The notes beneath the pieces were generated by a model. It ran no database searches. It saw only the letters and a list, made by a program, of their open reading frames with translations, and was not told where the DNA came from. This document shows positions 59,961 through 64,000 of a stretch of 64,000 nucleotides of DNA, in pieces. Origin of the DNA: Kiritimatiellia bacterium (GTDB lineage Bacteria; Verrucomicrobiota; Kiritimatiellia; CAIKKV01; CAITUY01); contig JBBQNS010000004.1 in NCBI GenBank assembly GCA_038330175.1, positions 67-64,066 of the forward strand, written 5' to 3'. Each line of letters opens with the position of its first letter. The first letter of the stretch is position 1. The translations under genes were made by a program, and so were the position numbers.

Positions 59961-60538
59961 CCTCCTGCTGTCTTAATTCCCATTACCGCAAGGGCTTTAA
60001 TCAGTTTGCGCCGGCCGTTAAACAACCGTGACATAACGGTTCCCATCGAAACCCCCGTAGCCGCCGCAATCTCGGAATAACTCAAGCCATCCGAAAACCT
60101 CAACAATAAAACCGCTCGATGTTCAGGGGAGACTGTTGCCAAGGCGGCATCAATTGCCCCCTGTAACTCACTTCCCGCCATCAGTTCCGCCGGGTTCTTT
60201 TGATGAGTATCCTCGAACTGCCCATCATTTCCACTCCCGTCATCCTCGGCATCTGGCGGCTGAACGACATGGCGACGTTTCCTTAACCAATCTACGGCGC
60301 AATTATGAGCGATTCGGCATAACCACGTTCGCACCGAAGCCCTACCGGTAAAGCCGGTTACTGACTTCCAAGCCCGCAAATAGGTATCCATCACCACATC
60401 TTCAGCTTCATCAGGCCCCACCAAGCGCCATGCCACCGAATGAATCGTTGCGCGCGAATCCTCAAACAAGGCCAAAAAAGCATCCATATCACCCTGCCTG
60501 GCACGTTCAAGAAGCAGGGCTGATACAGAGGCCTCCAT
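59951..60538 (-). CDS. RNA polymerase ECF-type sigma-70 factor
   Basis: Region 2 (..DVVMDTYLRAWKS..) and region 4 (..LSYSEIAAATGVSMGTVMSRLFNGRRKL..). Confidence 0.85.
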   Translation of the reverse strand: MEASVSALLLERARQGDMDAFLALFEDSRATIHSVAWRLVGPDEAEDVVMDTYLRAWKSVTGFTGRASVRTWLCRIAHNCAVDWLRKRRHVVQPPDAEDDGSGNDGQFEDTHQKNPAELMAGSELQGAIDAALATVSPEHRAVLLLRFSDGLSYSEIAAATGVSMGTVMSRLFNGRRKLIKALAVMGIKTAGGWL

Positions 60539-60577
60539 ATGTTTAGACGGATGAGATGCGGAATTTATTCAGATCGG

Positions 60578-61114
60578 TTAGTAATTTATCGGCGCAATCT
60601 CGAAAAAGGCCTGAGGGTGATCACAAATCGGGCATTTAGCCAAGGCATTGGTTCCTTCGTAGGCAAAGCCGCACTCCCGGCAACGCCACTTGACCTTCAC
60701 GTCCTTCTTGAACACTTTCCCCTCCTCGACATTTTTCAAAAGGGCTTTGTAGCGCTCTTCGTGTTCTTTTTCGATTTTAGTAATCCCCTCAAAAAGCCGG
60801 GCAATCTCGTCAAATCCCTCTGCACGGGCTTCTTTGGCCATCCGCGGATACATTTCCGTCCACTCCTCGTGCTCTCCACCGGCCGCAGCCTTCAAATTGG
60901 CAAGGGTATCTCCGATCCCGCTCAATGCCTTAAAATGGAGTTTGGCATGGGTTTTTTCCTGCTCAGCGGTTTCAAGGAATAAGGCCGCAATCTGCTCGTA
61001 GCCTTCTTTTTTAGCAACCGAGGCAAAATAAGAATATTTATTACGAGCCTGAGATTCACCCGCAAACGCATCTTGTAAATTCTTTTCAGTCTTTGATCCT
61101 TTGAGTTCAGCCAT
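60578..61114 (-). CDS. rbr: rubrerythrin
   Basis: Ferritin-like diiron domain (E..E..H pairs) plus C-terminal rubredoxin-like CxxC...CxxC (..WRCRECGFAYEG..CPICDHP..). Confidence 0.88.
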   Translation of the reverse strand: MAELKGSKTEKNLQDAFAGESQARNKYSYFASVAKKEGYEQIAALFLETAEQEKTHAKLHFKALSGIGDTLANLKAAAGGEHEEWTEMYPRMAKEARAEGFDEIARLFEGITKIEKEHEERYKALLKNVEEGKVFKKDVKVKWRCRECGFAYEGTNALAKCPICDHPQAFFEIAPINY

Positions 61115-61162
61115 AACATCTCCTTCTTATTGTTAATATTTTTTCCAACACCTTCGAGGCTC

Positions 61163-61183
61163 TTGCAAAACCTCGTTTTGCAA
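61163..61183. promoter_or_regulatory. perfect 9-3-9 palindrome TTGCAAAAC-ctc-GTTTTGCAA upstream of rbr (candidate peroxide/redox-regulator operator)
   Basis: It sits 50-70 bp upstream of the rbr start. A second half-site cttgcaaaacc lies at 61288-61299. Confidence 0.45.
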
Positions 61184-61308
61184 AAGCAGAATCCAGAAGT
61201 CAGAAGTCAGAATGAGAAACACCGTAAGTCTTTCATCATCTGTGTATTGCATTATTCTGGCTCCTAAATACTGAATTCTGAATTCCCTCTTGCAAAACCA
61301 TCGAAATG

Positions 61309-61902
61309 CTACCCTGCTAGGGCTTTACGCACAACATCTTCAACTGTCGCGGCCTTCATATCAGGCTGATTAATTACACGCAACACTAACTCCTGCGCCT
61401 CCATACGTTTGTAACCGAGCGAAATGAGCGCCAGAATCGCGTCGCGCAAGGTGATGTCTGATTCAGAATTAATGATGCCTGAAGCCGCCAGGATCTCTCC
61501 GGCCCCGAATTTGTCGCGCAATTCGATCACCATCCGCTCAGCTGTTTTTTTGCCGATACCGGAAATAGAACTAAGCCGTTTAACGTCTCCATCCTTGATG
61601 GCCACCTTAATCTCACGCACCGTCATCCCGCTGAGTGCAGATAAGGCAATTTTCGGACCGATTCCAGACACGCCCAGCAACAAGGTAAACACGCGTCGCT
61701 CATCAGCGGTCATGAACCCGAACAACCGGTGTTCGTCTTCCCGGATGTGATCATGAGTCAACATACGAACCTTTTCACCTGGCACGGGCAAACGATCATA
61801 ACTGCTCAAGGAAATCACGACCTCATACCCGACCCCACCCACGTTCAGAATCACGTGGGTCGGCTCTTTCTCCTCAAGAATTCCTTCAAGAAATGTGATC
61901 AT
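61309..61902 (-). CDS. ruvA: Holliday junction branch-migration protein RuvA
   Basis: N-terminal OB domain MITFLEGIL.., HhH motifs (..LLGVSGIGPKIAL.., ..ISGIGKKTAERM..) and a C-terminal domain III. Confidence 0.9.
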   Translation of the reverse strand: MITFLEGILEEKEPTHVILNVGGVGYEVVISLSSYDRLPVPGEKVRMLTHDHIREDEHRLFGFMTADERRVFTLLLGVSGIGPKIALSALSGMTVREIKVAIKDGDVKRLSSISGIGKKTAERMVIELRDKFGAGEILAASGIINSESDITLRDAILALISLGYKRMEAQELVLRVINQPDMKAATVEDVVRKALAG

Positions 61903-61928
61903 AAGTCTCTCACTTTTTTCACCAGATT

Positions 61929-62426
61929 CTAGATGGGCTTCGGGGCCAGTTCAGCAATCGGACTGCGGCTATAAAAATGGCACAGGGCAATCGCTAACGC
62001 ATCGCCGGCATCTTCCTGCGGTTCCTCTGTTAGCCCTAGGACAACCATGACCATTTTACGTACCTGTATTTTTTCGGCGGAGCCGATCCCGGTCACAGAC
62101 TGCTTAACCCGGCGTGGCGCATACTCATACACGGGAATCCCGGAGGTTGCGCATACTGCAATCACTACGCCCCGCGCCTCGCCCAAAATCATAGCCGTTT
62201 TAGCGTTCTTAGCAAAAAAGATATCCTCAATCGCTGCCAATTCAGGCTTGGTCCGCTCGATCATCTCGCGAATACCCCCATCAATCCGTCGGAGGCATTC
62301 GGATAAAGGAATACGGTCGGAGTTGTGGATCCGACCGTATTCTATAGCGACCATTTTGCCGGCCAGGGATTCCACCACCCCCACGCCTGTTGAGCGTAAC
62401 GAGGTATCTATCCCGAGAACGCGCAT
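61929..62426 (-). CDS. ruvC: crossover junction endodeoxyribonuclease RuvC
   Basis: MRVLGIDTSLRSTG.. with the catalytic Asp at position 7 and RNase-H-like fold motifs. Confidence 0.88.
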   Translation of the reverse strand: MRVLGIDTSLRSTGVGVVESLAGKMVAIEYGRIHNSDRIPLSECLRRIDGGIREMIERTKPELAAIEDIFFAKNAKTAMILGEARGVVIAVCATSGIPVYEYAPRRVKQSVTGIGSAEKIQVRKMVMVVLGLTEEPQEDAGDALAIALCHFYSRSPIAELAPKPI

Positions 62427-63181
62427 TATTCCTCTGTAATCAAGGCCAGTACGCTGTCATCCAGATCCATGGAGGTGTAAACATCCTGCACATCATCATT
62501 ATCTTCCAGCGTATCAACAAATTTCATAACCGCTTTGGCAACCGTTTTGTCAGTGACCGACACATAAATTTCGGGCACCAACCGGATCGCGGAATCATCA
62601 GTTTTAATGCCCGTTTTTTCGATGGCATCCAAAACGGCCTGGAAGGCATTGGGATCGGTGAGGATCTCGTACTGCTCGCCATCGAGGCTCATATCATCCG
62701 CGCCTGCATTGAGGACTAAGTCCATCAATTTATCTTCTTCAATAGACTTCGCGTCGACAAAGATCTGGCCACGGCGTTTGAAACCACGGGACACTGAGCC
62801 CGGCGCCGCTAAACTAGAACCGTTTTTGGAGAAAATATGGCGCAGTTCCGCCGCCGCTCGGTTTTTATTGTCGGTCAAAACCTTAACAACCACCCCAACG
62901 CCACCTGCGGCAAATCCTTCATAGGTGATGTCTTCCATTATTTCTGCGGCCAACTCACCGGTGCCTTTTTTGATGGCACGGTCGATGTTTTCATTAGGCA
63001 TACTGGACGCCTTACACCGGATGATCAGATTGCGAAGGGCCGTATTGGTATCGGAACTGCCGCCACCCGCTTTGGCCACAACCATCAACTCCTTCGCCAT
63101 TTTGCTGAAAATCTTACCACGCTTGGCATCCGCCGCGCCCTTCTTGTGCTGAATTGTCTTCCATTTACTATGACCGCTCAT
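62426..63181 (-). CDS. YebC/PmpR-family DNA-binding transcriptional regulator
   Basis: MSGHSKWKTIQHKKGAADAKRGKIF.. is diagnostic of YebC/TACO1. Confidence 0.9.
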   Translation of the reverse strand: MSGHSKWKTIQHKKGAADAKRGKIFSKMAKELMVVAKAGGGSSDTNTALRNLIIRCKASSMPNENIDRAIKKGTGELAAEIMEDITYEGFAAGGVGVVVKVLTDNKNRAAAELRHIFSKNGSSLAAPGSVSRGFKRRGQIFVDAKSIEEDKLMDLVLNAGADDMSLDGEQYEILTDPNAFQAVLDAIEKTGIKTDDSAIRLVPEIYVSVTDKTVAKAVMKFVDTLEDNDDVQDVYTSMDLDDSVLALITEE

Positions 63182-63219
63182 CTCGTGCCTCTCTTTCCTG
63201 ATACTTATTTTGAACCCGA

Positions 63220-64000
63220 TTAACTCGGGCTCATTTTGAATCCTAACAAACTGTCTTGTGAAGGGGCTTCATATTCCTGAATCCATCCTTCAGTAAACCC
63301 TAACCGCTCCATCGCATCAACCACCAAACTATACTCAGCTTGCGTGGGCCTTCGATTCCAGGGCGCCGCATTCAGCGCCTTGTAAGCCGGCGTATATTGA
63401 GCCATGACGCTCACGGGGATCTCTGTTCCTATCGCCCCGGCTAGCCACTCTAGATTTGCCACCGCTTCATCGGCGCGTTCCGGCAAAACCAGTAAGCGGC
63501 AAATTGTCCCTTGTCTAGCTAGGCCTTCTCCATCCATTTTAAAAGGCCCGGTCTGGCGCCACATTTCCAGTAGCGCGGCACGTGAAGTCTCAACATAGCC
63601 GGCACAATCAGAACCCTTTCTTGCCGTTTCGTCTTGGGCATATCTCAGATCAGACAGATATACACTGACCCACCCATCCATGGCTTTTAGCTGTTCAACC
63701 CTCTCAAAACCGCTTGTGTTATACACGATTGGCCGTGAGAGTCCATCCGCAACCACAAGGCGCCATGCCTCATAGATCCACGGCAACCACGGCGTAGGGC
63801 TCACTAGATTCCAATTATGGCATCCATCCTGCGCCAAGGCCCTGAACATTTCAGCCAGTTCATCGATCGTGATGACCCGTCCTTGCCCCTCTTGACTCCA
63901 GGGAAAATTCTGGCAATACACACAACTTAACGTACATCTACTGAAGAACACGGTACCAGAGCCCTTTTCCCCAGAAATAGGAGGTTCCTCTCCAGCATGC
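63220..64000 (-). CDS. radical SAM enzyme, AmmeMemoRadiSam-system/PFL-activase-like (5' end outside window)
   Basis: ..SGTVFFSRCTLSCVYCQNFPWSQ.. C-x3-C-x2-C cluster. The reading frame stays open to the window edge upstream of the GTG given by the ORF track. Confidence 0.7.
   Translation of the reverse strand, partial: HAGEEPPISGEKGSGTVFFSRCTLSCVYCQNFPWSQEGQGRVITIDELAEMFRALAQDGCHNWNLVSPTPWLPWIYEAWRLVVADGLSRPIVYNTSGFERVEQLKAMDGWVSVYLSDLRYAQDETARKGSDCAGYVETSRAALLEMWRQTGPFKMDGEGLARQGTICRLLVLPERADEAVANLEWLAGAIGTEIPVSVMAQYTPAYKALNAAPWNRRPTQAEYSLVVDAMERLGFTEGWIQEYEAPSQDSLLGFKMSPS

Overview
This 64 kb window is about 55% GC and comes from a Gram-negative bacterium, as shown by a Kdo transferase and an ABC-transporter-dependent polysaccharide pathway. 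It is a mosaic of housekeeping genes and accessory DNA. The housekeeping content is trpE-trpG-trpD, a YyaL-type thioredoxin-domain protein, kdtA, xerC/D-like recombinase, ppnP, a PAS histidine kinase with a sigma-54 NtrC-type regulator, an RluA-family pseudouridine synthase, a U32 peptidase, corA, aroB, thrB, tRNA-Pro(UGG), an ECF sigma/anti-sigma pair, rubrerythrin and ruvA-ruvC-yebC. Accessory content includes a glycan-degradation neighbourhood (GH2 beta-mannosidase, Gfo/Idh/MocA oxidoreductase, SGNH esterase, GH38 and other GH fragments) and a polysaccharide export cluster (GT4, GT2, acetyltransferase, methyltransferase, Wzm/Wzt). Four PIN-domain toxin-antitoxin modules are embedded in different contexts, and there are several pseudogene fragments (type III R-M mod/res, malic enzyme, GH38, sensor kinase, MFS, O-antigen ligase-like). 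Four distinct families of structured intergenic repeats are present. The most interesting locus is a tightly packed three-gene operon at 13655-17961. It encodes a MotA/TolQ/ExbB-family channel protein with a C-terminal coiled-coil tail, a single-TM partner with an Asp at the start of its TM (MotB/TolR/ExbD-like architecture) but a non-canonical periplasmic domain, and an 802-aa membrane-anchored helical protein with a Pro-rich linker (TolA/TonB-like architecture). It sits between a tyrosine recombinase and a VapBC module. I interpret it as a candidate undescribed ion-driven membrane system, either Zorya-like defence or a divergent Tol/Ton-like machine. All calls are made by eye from the supplied translations. 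No database searches were run.
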